32,000 nucleotides of DNA, from contig NZ_RSDW01000001.1 of NCBI RefSeq assembly GCF_003945235.1, positions 2,040,001 through 2,072,000 of the forward strand, given 5' to 3'. The stretch comes from Edaphobacter aggregans (GTDB lineage: Bacteria > Acidobacteriota > Terriglobia > Terriglobales > Acidobacteriaceae). The stretch's first letter is position 1; every line of letters begins with the position of its first letter. Below are positions 1-9,834 of this stretch, in pieces. The position numbers were made by a program, and so were the translations under genes. The notes under the pieces were generated by a model. The model worked only from the letters and a program-made list of their open reading frames with translations. It was not told the origin of the DNA and made no database searches.

Positions 1-827
1 CCCACAAAGCCATGTTCCTCGCAGAAGGCCGCGAAGATGAAGTCGGTATAAGGGATAGGCAGAAAATCGCCCTGCGTCTGTGTCCCCTTATTTGCTCCCT
101 TACCCCAAATTCCGCCCGAGCCGACTGCGATGAGCGATTGCCGAATCTGATACCCCGATCCACGAGGATCGGAGTCCGGGTCAATAAAGGACGTGAGCCG
201 GGCCTTCTGGTATGGCTTCAACAACTTACCGGCCTTCCACGCACCGCCCACCAGGATGGCCAAACTCAGCACAATGATTGCCGCCTGCTTGAACCGGATG
301 CCGCCAAGGAAGAGCCCGCAGACCAGAACCGGCAGATAGGTCAGGGACGTTCCCAAATCAGGCTGCTTGAGGACCATCAAAAACGGAACGCAGACCAGCG
401 CGAACGCCTTGCCGATATCACCCCACGTAAGCTCTTTGCCCGCCAGATTCCAGAAATAACGTGCAACAGCAACAATGAGTATCAGCTTGATCCATTCCGA
501 CGGCTGAAAGTGAATCCCTCCCGGCAGCTTGATCCAGCGCCGTGCGCCCAGCACCTTCGTTCCGACCAGCCGCACTGCAATCAGCGAGACGATGCCGATG
601 CCATAGGCCCAGGGAACGATGTCGATCAGCCTGTGATAGTCGATCAGCGAGATTATAAACATCAGCAGCAGCCCAACGGCCAGGAAGCCGATCTGCTTTG
701 TTTCGAAGCCGTGGAACTTGGTATGCAGCGTGGCCGACTTGATCTCAAGGACACTGATCAGCGAGAGCAGCATGACGAAGCCTAGGAGAACCCAGTCGAA
801 GTCGCGATATGAAGAGAGCCGTTGCAT
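1..827 (-). CDS. rodA: Rod-shape-determining SEDS protein RodA (FtsW/RodA/SpoVE family); N-terminal about 275 codons, C-terminus lies beyond the left window edge
   Basis: Absent from the ORF track because it is edge-truncated. The reverse complement from ATG at 827-825 reads MQRLSSYRDFDWVLLGFVMLLSLISVLEIK... Positions 1-60 read ...PIPYTDFIFAAFCEEHGFVG, the SEDS TDFIFA..EE.G motif. It lies directly downstream of mrdA, as in canonical mrdA-rodA operons. Confidence 0.9.
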   Translation of the reverse strand, partial: MQRLSSYRDFDWVLLGFVMLLSLISVLEIKSATLHTKFHGFETKQIGFLAVGLLLMFIISLIDYHRLIDIVPWAYGIGIVSLIAVRLVGTKVLGARRWIKLPGGIHFQPSEWIKLILIVAVARYFWNLAGKELTWGDIGKAFALVCVPFLMVLKQPDLGTSLTYLPVLVCGLFLGGIRFKQAAIIVLSLAILVGGAWKAGKLLKPYQKARLTSFIDPDSDPRGSGYQIRQSLIAVGSGGIWGKGANKGTQTQGDFLPIPYTDFIFAAFCEEHGFV

Positions 828-858
828 GGTCGCTGGAGTTAGGTTACCTGAATTGCTT

Positions 859-2808
859 TCACTCGTTGGCCGCTGGCTTGGGCGTGGACGCTACCGTATT
901 TCCCGTTTCGGAACCCACCGAAGCAGTCGTGGCTGGCTTCGGTGTCTCAGCGGCAATGCGAAGATTGTTCGCTAGTCTGCGTTGCTTGGTCACGAAGGCG
1001 TTAATCACCTGCGCGGCGACGGGCGCGGAGCCAGCTCCCCATCCGCCGTGTTCCCACAGGACCGCAACGACAATGTCCGGGTTGCGCCGCGGGGCCATAC
1101 CGACGAACCACGCGTTCGCGCGCTCTTTTCCAGTTCCCAGACTGGTCATGCCTGCGCTGTGGCTCACAACCTGAGCCGTGCCGGTCTTTCCGGCAAAGTC
1201 GATACCTTCCATATGCACCGCGGCCGCCGTCCCGCTGATCGTCGTCTCCGCCATCGCGTCCGTGATCAACTGCCAGTTCCCCGTTGAAAGTTGAACCGTC
1301 TTATCCCCAGACCCCGGAAACGTCTCGTGCACCGCCTCCAGTTCATCGCCGGGCACCTCATCCGGAAACACCAGATGCGGCCTCCGCAGAGCGCCGCCCG
1401 AGGCAATCCCCCCAATCGCCCTCGCAAGCTGAATCGGAGTCACCGCCACTGCACCCTGCCCGATCCCAACCGAGATCACCTCGCCGGCATACCATTTCTC
1501 ATGGAAATTCTTCAGCTTCCAAGCCGTCGAGGGCATCGTACCCGTCACTTCATCCGGCAGGTCAACGCCAGTCCGTTGCGAAAAGCCAAGGTCCGTCGCG
1601 TACTTCGCAATCGTGTCGATTCCCAACTTATTCGCCAGCGTGTAGTAGAACGTATCGCACGACCACGGAATCGCATGCTCGATATCTACCATCCCGTGAC
1701 GTTTATCGCAGGCAAAAAAGTGCCCATAGAACGAAGCTCCCCCGCTGCACTGAACATGCATCGTCTGAGCCGCATTCTCCTCGAGTCCCGCGTACGACAT
1801 GATGATCTTGAACGTCGACCCCGGCGCAAGCTGTGCCTGTATCGCCTTGTTCATCAGCGGATGATCTGGATTGTTGATGATCTCGTTCCAATAGCTCTTG
1901 CTCAGCCGAACGGAAAACTCATTCGGATCGAACGAAGGCCGCGAAACCATGGCCAATATTTCACCGGTGTGAGGGTCCATCGCCACCATCGCTCCGGTCT
2001 TGCCCTCCATCGCCTTCTCCGCTGCCATCTGGATATCGAGGTCGATGGTCAGCTTCAAATCCTGCCCCGGCTTGGCTAGCGTCTGGCCCAGATGGCCAAT
2101 CTCCTTGCCGTGGCTGTTCACGATCACATCGCGGCTTCCGTCCACGCCACGTAACAGAGCGTCGTAAGTCGCCTCCACGCCGGACTTCCCCACCACATCA
2201 CCGGGCTGATAGAACGCATACTTCGACTTGTTCAGATCGTCTTCCGATATTTCCCCGACGTAGCCGATCAAATGAGCCGCAAACCCATCGCGCGGATACA
2301 GCCGCCGCTGCTCGTCCAGCGTCTCCAACTCCGGCAGTTCATTGCGGTGCGCCTCGATAAAAGCCTGCTCATCCGGCGTAATGTCCTGCTTCAGCGGAAT
2401 CGGCTCGTACTTCGGCGCGGCCTGAAAACGGCGCAACGTGGACTGAATCTGTTCGACCGGAATGTGCAGCCCTTGCGCAATCAACGGCAGATCGGCGTTC
2501 AAATCCCTGACCTGCTCCCGCAGCAGATAGCACGAGACCGAAGGATAGTTGTCGACCAGCAGCCGACCCTCACGATCGAAGAGCTTGCCTCGCGGCGCCA
2601 GCACCGGAATCTTGCGGATGCGGTTAGCCTCGGCGAGCGCACGAAAGTTATCCGCGCTGACCACCTGCAACCGCCACAACCCCGCCACCAGAATCACCAG
2701 CACAAGCGCAATCAGGTACTGCGCGGCGGAGAGCTTGCCGGGGGCAATCTTCTCGGCCTTGCCGTTGGCGCCCATATCGGGCTGTTCGGGGTGGGTCGCT
2801 AATTCCAT
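859..2808 (-). CDS. mrdA: Penicillin-binding protein 2 (elongasome transpeptidase)
   Basis: 649-aa ORF with an N-terminal TM helix (LIALVLVILVAGLW) and transpeptidase motifs STFK (PGSTFKII) and KTG (FAGKTGTAQV). It sits between mreD and rodA. It has a short Pro/Ala/Thr-rich C-terminal tail. Confidence 0.93.
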   Translation of the reverse strand: MELATHPEQPDMGANGKAEKIAPGKLSAAQYLIALVLVILVAGLWRLQVVSADNFRALAEANRIRKIPVLAPRGKLFDREGRLLVDNYPSVSCYLLREQVRDLNADLPLIAQGLHIPVEQIQSTLRRFQAAPKYEPIPLKQDITPDEQAFIEAHRNELPELETLDEQRRLYPRDGFAAHLIGYVGEISEDDLNKSKYAFYQPGDVVGKSGVEATYDALLRGVDGSRDVIVNSHGKEIGHLGQTLAKPGQDLKLTIDLDIQMAAEKAMEGKTGAMVAMDPHTGEILAMVSRPSFDPNEFSVRLSKSYWNEIINNPDHPLMNKAIQAQLAPGSTFKIIMSYAGLEENAAQTMHVQCSGGASFYGHFFACDKRHGMVDIEHAIPWSCDTFYYTLANKLGIDTIAKYATDLGFSQRTGVDLPDEVTGTMPSTAWKLKNFHEKWYAGEVISVGIGQGAVAVTPIQLARAIGGIASGGALRRPHLVFPDEVPGDELEAVHETFPGSGDKTVQLSTGNWQLITDAMAETTISGTAAAVHMEGIDFAGKTGTAQVVSHSAGMTSLGTGKERANAWFVGMAPRRNPDIVVAVLWEHGGWGAGSAPVAAQVINAFVTKQRRLANNLRIAAETPKPATTASVGSETGNTVASTPKPAANE

Positions 2809-2866
2809 GCGTGCATCCAGTGTACGACTGCTGTTCCGGTGGTTTCAGGTTAGACGTGTTTCGCGA

Positions 2867-3391
2867 CTACTCGGTACGTTTGAAGCGATCGAGCAGAAGA
2901 AAGATCGGGATGGCCACCACGGTATTCACTACGGCGCGGACCAGCTCATGCAGCCACAGGATATGAAAGTCCGGGAGCCCCAGCAACCGCCGGTTGATCA
3001 GAAACAACAGCATCGAATTGAGCAACGAGAAGCCGAAGTTGATGACAATACGAGTCGTGATGTTCTCGACGTCCACCTGCACGCCAATGCTGGCCGCAAT
3101 ATAGCCGATCACCGACTTGGCCATGCCATTGACGCCCACCGGCTGAGCAGTCAACACATCCTGCAACAGACCAATGGCGGCTCCGGTCAACGTCCCTGCC
3201 ACGGGGTTGCGCCGCGACACGGCAAAAAACAGCGTCACAATCAACGGCAGATCGAGGATCGCCAGCCGCGGAATCGGCTTCGGCAAAAGCGCCTGCAGCA
3301 CAATCGCAGCCAGCGGCACCAGCAAGGTAACGGCTGGCGGAAAGCTGTGCTGCTCTAGTTCTCGGCGAGAGGTATAGCTATGGGTGGCCAT
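2867..3391 (-). CDS. mreD: Rod-shape-determining protein MreD (small polytopic membrane protein)
   Basis: 174-aa strongly hydrophobic ORF. Its ATG at 3391 abuts the mreC stop TAA at 3392-3394. It occupies the canonical slot between mreC and mrdA; the family call rests mainly on synteny and hydrophobicity. Confidence 0.75.
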   Translation of the reverse strand: MATHSYTSRRELEQHSFPPAVTLLVPLAAIVLQALLPKPIPRLAILDLPLIVTLFFAVSRRNPVAGTLTGAAIGLLQDVLTAQPVGVNGMAKSVIGYIAASIGVQVDVENITTRIVINFGFSLLNSMLLFLINRRLLGLPDFHILWLHELVRAVVNTVVAIPIFLLLDRFKRTE

Positions 3392-4639
3392 TTATCTGGG
3401 CTGGCTCTCCGACTGCGGTTCAGCAGATTCTGGCGTCTTTTCCGGCGCAGGCGGGTGGGTAGTAGCAGGCTGCGAATTGACCGGGCCGTTCGCCGCGCCA
3501 GGCGTCAGCGATGCAGCCGAAGGAGTGGCCCCCGGCGAATAGCGGTCCGGGTGCAGCGTAGGCAATGGATGTGGTACGACCCCACCGGGAACCGCGGTCT
3601 TCGCATCCGCCGCAGCCTTAGTAGGATCCGTCTCGGGAGCAGAGTCGTCATGCAAGCTCGGCAGCCGGTCGGCCACAATCTGCGCAGCGGACTTGGCAGC
3701 AGCCTCAGCAGCAGCAACACGAGCAGCCTCGGCCTTTTCTTCGGCAGTGGCGGCTCCCGCAGCCAAATCCTTTTTAGCTTGAGCGGTCAGCTCGGGCTGG
3801 GTGCCAGTAATAACGAGCACCTCCTCAAGCTGAAACAGATTCGCCGCCGGACGGACCACAATCAGCGTGTACGGCTGATGATCCGGATCAGGCGCAATGG
3901 ATTCAATCGTCCCCACATTCAGCCCACGCGGAAACACCTGATCGCCGCCCGAAGTCAGCACCTGTTCGCCCGGCTTGATCCGCGAGTCCGGCGTAAGGTT
4001 CATGATCTGAATCCGTCCCGTCGTCGAACCCTTCAGAATTCCGCGAATACGCGTCGTAGCCAGCAGCACGCCAGCCCCGGATGTCTGGTCATTAATCTGC
4101 AGCACCTGCGCCGTATGCGGAAACACATCCCGTAGCTTCCCCACGATCCCATCCGGCGTAATTACCGCCTGATCTGGCTTCAGCCCATCAGCCGAGCCTT
4201 TGTCGATGTAAAGCACCCGCGAAAGATCGCTTCCACTCGTCCCGATCACCTGTGCGGCCACCGTAGTTGCCACATAGTGCTGTTGAAAGGCCAGCAGCGC
4301 CTGCAGCCGATGACCCTGAATCGCATCCTCAGCCATCTCGGCCTGCTCCAGACGAAGCCGCGCAATCTCCTGCTGCAACTGCGCGTTCTGTTGGCGGACA
4401 CCCCGCAAATACGCATAGTTCGACCAGCCGCCGCGAACCGTATGTCCAAAACCTAGGAAAAAACGCTCGAGCGGTGTCACCGTCGAAACAAACCAATAGC
4501 GCACCAGAGTGACGCTCTTGCCATCAGGCGCACCGGATTCGATGGGGCGGCGTACCTGTATGGCCAGTCCGATGGTCTGCGCCAACAGTACCGCGACCAG
4601 GACGAGAACGTTCTTAAAACGGACGAAGAAGGATTCCAT
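3392..4639 (-). CDS. mreC: Rod-shape-determining protein MreC with a long Ala/Pro-rich C-terminal extension
   Basis: 415-aa ORF with an N-terminal TM segment (VLVLVAVLLAQTIGLAI) and a coiled-coil stretch (QQNAQLQQEIARLRLEQAEM). The MreC-like core contains VLTSGGDQVFPRGLNVG. A low-complexity tail of about 110 aa rich in A/P/T/E follows. Confidence 0.88.
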   Translation of the reverse strand: MESFFVRFKNVLVLVAVLLAQTIGLAIQVRRPIESGAPDGKSVTLVRYWFVSTVTPLERFFLGFGHTVRGGWSNYAYLRGVRQQNAQLQQEIARLRLEQAEMAEDAIQGHRLQALLAFQQHYVATTVAAQVIGTSGSDLSRVLYIDKGSADGLKPDQAVITPDGIVGKLRDVFPHTAQVLQINDQTSGAGVLLATTRIRGILKGSTTGRIQIMNLTPDSRIKPGEQVLTSGGDQVFPRGLNVGTIESIAPDPDHQPYTLIVVRPAANLFQLEEVLVITGTQPELTAQAKKDLAAGAATAEEKAEAARVAAAEAAAKSAAQIVADRLPSLHDDSAPETDPTKAAADAKTAVPGGVVPHPLPTLHPDRYSPGATPSAASLTPGAANGPVNSQPATTHPPAPEKTPESAEPQSESQPR

Positions 4640-4682
4640 GCGCTCTATCTATTATCCGCGAGACAAGCCCCTGCGCGGGAGG

Positions 4683-4698
4683 TGGCACGGCTGGTGCA
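4683..4698 (+). promoter_or_regulatory. Candidate sigma-54 type -24/-12 element, TGGCACggctgGTGCA, with no plus-strand gene downstream
   Basis: GG at 4684-4685 and GC at 4696-4697 with the canonical 10-nt separation. There is one mismatch to TGGCAC-N5-TTGCA, outside the GG/GC dinucleotides. It points into the C-rich 4700-4818 gap and then antisense into the esterase gene. Confidence 0.25.
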
Positions 4699-4818
4699 TA
4701 GCCACTTCTCTCGAAATAAACCAGTCCGTCGCCCAAATCGACACAAAACCCACCCAATCCCTCTTCGGAAGCCACTCCACCCACCCTGCAAAACCATCAA
4801 AACCCTCACCTTTCGTGT

Positions 4819-7087
<2,269 letters not shown>

Positions 7088-7128
7088 GCCTAACTTCAGT
7101 CACTGACCGCGACGCCCGAATCGAAGAA

Positions 7129-7153
7129 CTGATCGATGCGATCAGGTTATTTT
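7129..7153 (+). terminator. Intrinsic terminator candidate for era
   Basis: Stem CTGATCG (7129-7135) pairs with CGATCAG (7139-7145) around the loop ATG, followed by GTTATTTTG. The T-tract overlaps the last codons of the convergent 7147-8409 gene. Confidence 0.55.
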
Positions 7154-8409
7154 GCAGTAGAAGCTTTCGTGGAGCTGAACTCCGGACCAAGGGCAGCGAT
7201 CGCTGAACGGAGTCCTGCCTCATCGCCGCCAAAATCGTAGTAGACGATCTTTCCCTTGGCATCAATCAGAACCGTGAGAGGTATACGATCATTCTTGAAG
7301 GCCTTTCCGATCTTGCCGTCCTCGTGGTAGTTAGCCCAGTCGTAGTTGTGTCGCGCGAGATAACTGGTGGCGCTCTCTGCAAGATTATCCTCGTCGACAG
7401 AAAGCAACACTAGTCCTTTGCCCTTCGCATCTGAATACACTCGTGCCAACGAAGGCATCGACAGAAGACACGGGCCACACCAGGTTGCCCAGAAATCTAT
7501 CAGGACCGGTTTGCCTTCGAAGGACTTCAAGGAGACGCTGCTCCCGTTCGCAGCATGAAACTGCACGTCGGGCGCCTGTTCGCCAGTCATGGGAGCCGAA
7601 GGTTTCATCGACGGCAAATCAATATGAGGCTCAAGGCTGGCAAGCAATCTGCTGTCTGCGGGTGGGGAAAAATGAAAGAGAGCAGTGTCCAGTTTAGGCT
7701 GGAAATCAATCACCGGATAGACGGTGATGCGTAGTTCATCATGCGGAATGTGAACCTCCCCGATAATGCTGTAGTTATGGATCTGCTCCATCTGCTTGCG
7801 AAAAACCAGCATTTTCTTATCGATCCAAATCGTAGTTTCGGAATGAAGCTCCGGATTCGCAGCCAGGTCGCTATCGCTGCTTGTGACCCGAACAACGTAG
7901 CAGGAGAAGCTATGTCCCTCTACCTGGATCGTCTCCTCCGGAAGAAAGGCCGCACGCTTGAACCGGGCGGCCTCGACCTCTAAATACGTACGCATCCTCC
8001 AAGCACTACTGATCTCAAAATTGCCTCCCGACATAACTCGAGGCATAGTCGGCCAATTCGCAGGAACGGGATGCTTCACGTAGGCCTTCCCTTCCATCTG
8101 CGAAATCCACTCGGTCTCCCCATCAGAAACCTGAATGTATGAACCAGAACCGGAATGCGTCTCGATGCGATATAGCTTCCCTGTCCCCTTAATCGCCGTG
8201 CGATAGGTCTTTCGCCACAGATGTTGAAATTCGTTCTCAGAGACCGATTCCTCAATCGCCTCCATGCGAAAAGTATCAGCTCCGGCCGCATAGGTTCTGG
8301 CCACTTCCTGCAGCAGAACAACAGGGTCGGAGAACTCCTGTGCAATTTGTGCCTGACCCCACTTACCAACCAGCAGAACAGAGCAGAGAGCAAAAAGAGA
8401 AAACTTCAT
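7147..8409 (-). CDS. Secreted two-domain protein: N-terminal LolA-like/lipoprotein-sorting-like domain fused to a TlpA/ResA-type thioredoxin (thiol:disulfide oxidoreductase)
   Basis: 420 aa with the signal peptide MKFSLFALCSVLLVGKWGQAQ. The C-terminal region contains FWATWCGPC (CxxC thioredoxin fold, TlpA-like). The N-terminal assignment is by resemblance only. The gene is clearly more AT-rich than its neighbours. Confidence 0.75.
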   Translation of the reverse strand: MKFSLFALCSVLLVGKWGQAQIAQEFSDPVVLLQEVARTYAAGADTFRMEAIEESVSENEFQHLWRKTYRTAIKGTGKLYRIETHSGSGSYIQVSDGETEWISQMEGKAYVKHPVPANWPTMPRVMSGGNFEISSAWRMRTYLEVEAARFKRAAFLPEETIQVEGHSFSCYVVRVTSSDSDLAANPELHSETTIWIDKKMLVFRKQMEQIHNYSIIGEVHIPHDELRITVYPVIDFQPKLDTALFHFSPPADSRLLASLEPHIDLPSMKPSAPMTGEQAPDVQFHAANGSSVSLKSFEGKPVLIDFWATWCGPCLLSMPSLARVYSDAKGKGLVLLSVDEDNLAESATSYLARHNYDWANYHEDGKIGKAFKNDRIPLTVLIDAKGKIVYYDFGGDEAGLRSAIAALGPEFSSTKASTAK

Positions 8410-8436
8410 AATCCTCCATCTAAATTTGCCGCGATC

Positions 8437-9834
8437 CTACTCCTTCACACTCACCCCAAGCGCCTTCATCTTCCGATACAGATGACTCCGCTCCAACCCA
8501 AGGCCCTCCGCCGCGCGACTCACATTCCCATGAAACTCATCGAGCTTCTTCAGAATGTAATCCCGCTCATAAGCCTCCCGTGCCTCCAGCAGACTTGAAA
8601 ACTCCTCACTCCGCGTATTGATGCGCCCTGACTCAGTCAGCTTCGGCCCGCGATACACCAGCATCGGCAGATGCTTCCGCTCAATCTTCTGAATCTTCGG
8701 ATTCAGAATAATCACGCGCTCCACAAGATTCCGTAGCTCCCGCACATTCCCCGGCCAGTGATACTGGCGAAGCGTGTTCAGCGCATCCTCGCTCATCTCC
8801 ACATGCGGCCTGCCATACTGCTGCCCGAACTGCTGCAGAAACTCCTTCACCAGCAGCGGAATATCTTCCTTGCGATCACGCAGCGGCGGAACATAAAACG
8901 GAATCACATTCAGCCGATAGAAGAGATCCTCGCGAAAATTACCCCGCGCAATCTCCTCTTCTAAATCCTTGTTCGTAGCCGCAATCACCCGCACATCCAC
9001 ATGCACCGGATGCGAAGCCCCCACCGGCAAAAACCGCTGCTCATCGAGCGTACGCAGCACCTTCGCCTGCGTCTTCAAACTCATGTCGCCCACTTCGTCC
9101 AGAAACAGCGTGCCCCCATCAGCCCGCTCAAACGTCCCACGCTTCTCAAGCGGAGTCCCCGCCGTCCCCGCACCCTGCGGCGCAGCCCCATGCCGATACC
9201 CAAACAACTCACTCTCGATATAGTCCTCAGGAATCGCCGCGCAGTTCAGCTCCACAAACGGACGATCACGCCGCAGGCTCTCCGCATGCATCGCCCTCCC
9301 AATCAGCTCCTTGCCCGTCCCACTCTCGCCAAAGATCAGCACTCGCCCATTCGTTGGAGCCATCAGCCTAATCTGCTGCCGCAGCGCCTTCATCGCCACG
9401 CTTTGCCCCGTCACCGTGCCCTTCACCGCAAGCTGCCGCGCAAACTCCGCGTTGTCCTCGCGCATCTGCCGCGCCTTCATCGCGTTTTTCACGACGATCA
9501 GCGTCCGCTCCAGCGACAGCGGCTTCTCCAAAAAGTCGTAAGCCCCCAGCTTCGTCGCGCGCACCGCGGCCTCAATCGTCCCATGCCCACTGATGATCAC
9601 GACCTCAGGAACATTCTCACTCTCCAACTGACGAATCTCTCCCAGCGCATCCAGCCCATCGCGATCCGGCAGCCAGATATCCAGCAACACCACGTCATAC
9701 GCAACATCGCGCAACAGTTCCAGCGCCTCACCCGCAGTCGCCGCCGTGGTGACCAGATAGCCCTCCTCGCGCAGAATGCTTTCAAGCGATTCGCGAATCT
9801 CAGCCTCGTCATCGACTATCAGTACATGATTCAA
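8437..9834 (-). CDS. ntrX: NtrX/NtrC-family response regulator (receiver + AAA+ + Fis-type HTH) with a degenerate GAFTGA loop
   Basis: 465 aa. Receiver domain (MNHVLIVDDE..., LLDIWLPDRDG), Walker A GESGTGKE, LFLDEVGDM, and C-terminal HTH GNVSRAAEGLGLERSHLYRKMK. Its start overlaps the stop of the upstream kinase gene by 4 nt. The symbol is tentative and based on pairing with an NtrY-like kinase. Confidence 0.85.
   Translation of the reverse strand: MNHVLIVDDEAEIRESLESILREEGYLVTTAATAGEALELLRDVAYDVVLLDIWLPDRDGLDALGEIRQLESENVPEVVIISGHGTIEAAVRATKLGAYDFLEKPLSLERTLIVVKNAMKARQMREDNAEFARQLAVKGTVTGQSVAMKALRQQIRLMAPTNGRVLIFGESGTGKELIGRAMHAESLRRDRPFVELNCAAIPEDYIESELFGYRHGAAPQGAGTAGTPLEKRGTFERADGGTLFLDEVGDMSLKTQAKVLRTLDEQRFLPVGASHPVHVDVRVIAATNKDLEEEIARGNFREDLFYRLNVIPFYVPPLRDRKEDIPLLVKEFLQQFGQQYGRPHVEMSEDALNTLRQYHWPGNVRELRNLVERVIILNPKIQKIERKHLPMLVYRGPKLTESGRINTRSEEFSSLLEAREAYERDYILKKLDEFHGNVSRAAEGLGLERSHLYRKMKALGVSVKE

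Noticed and set aside
12-785. 257-aa plus-strand ORF at the left edge
   Set aside because: It is antisense to a clear RodA reading frame (TDFIFA..EE.G motif, hydrophobic SEDS sequence). Its own translation is Arg/Gln/Pro-rich with no recognisable features. It is a typical shadow ORF of GC-rich DNA.
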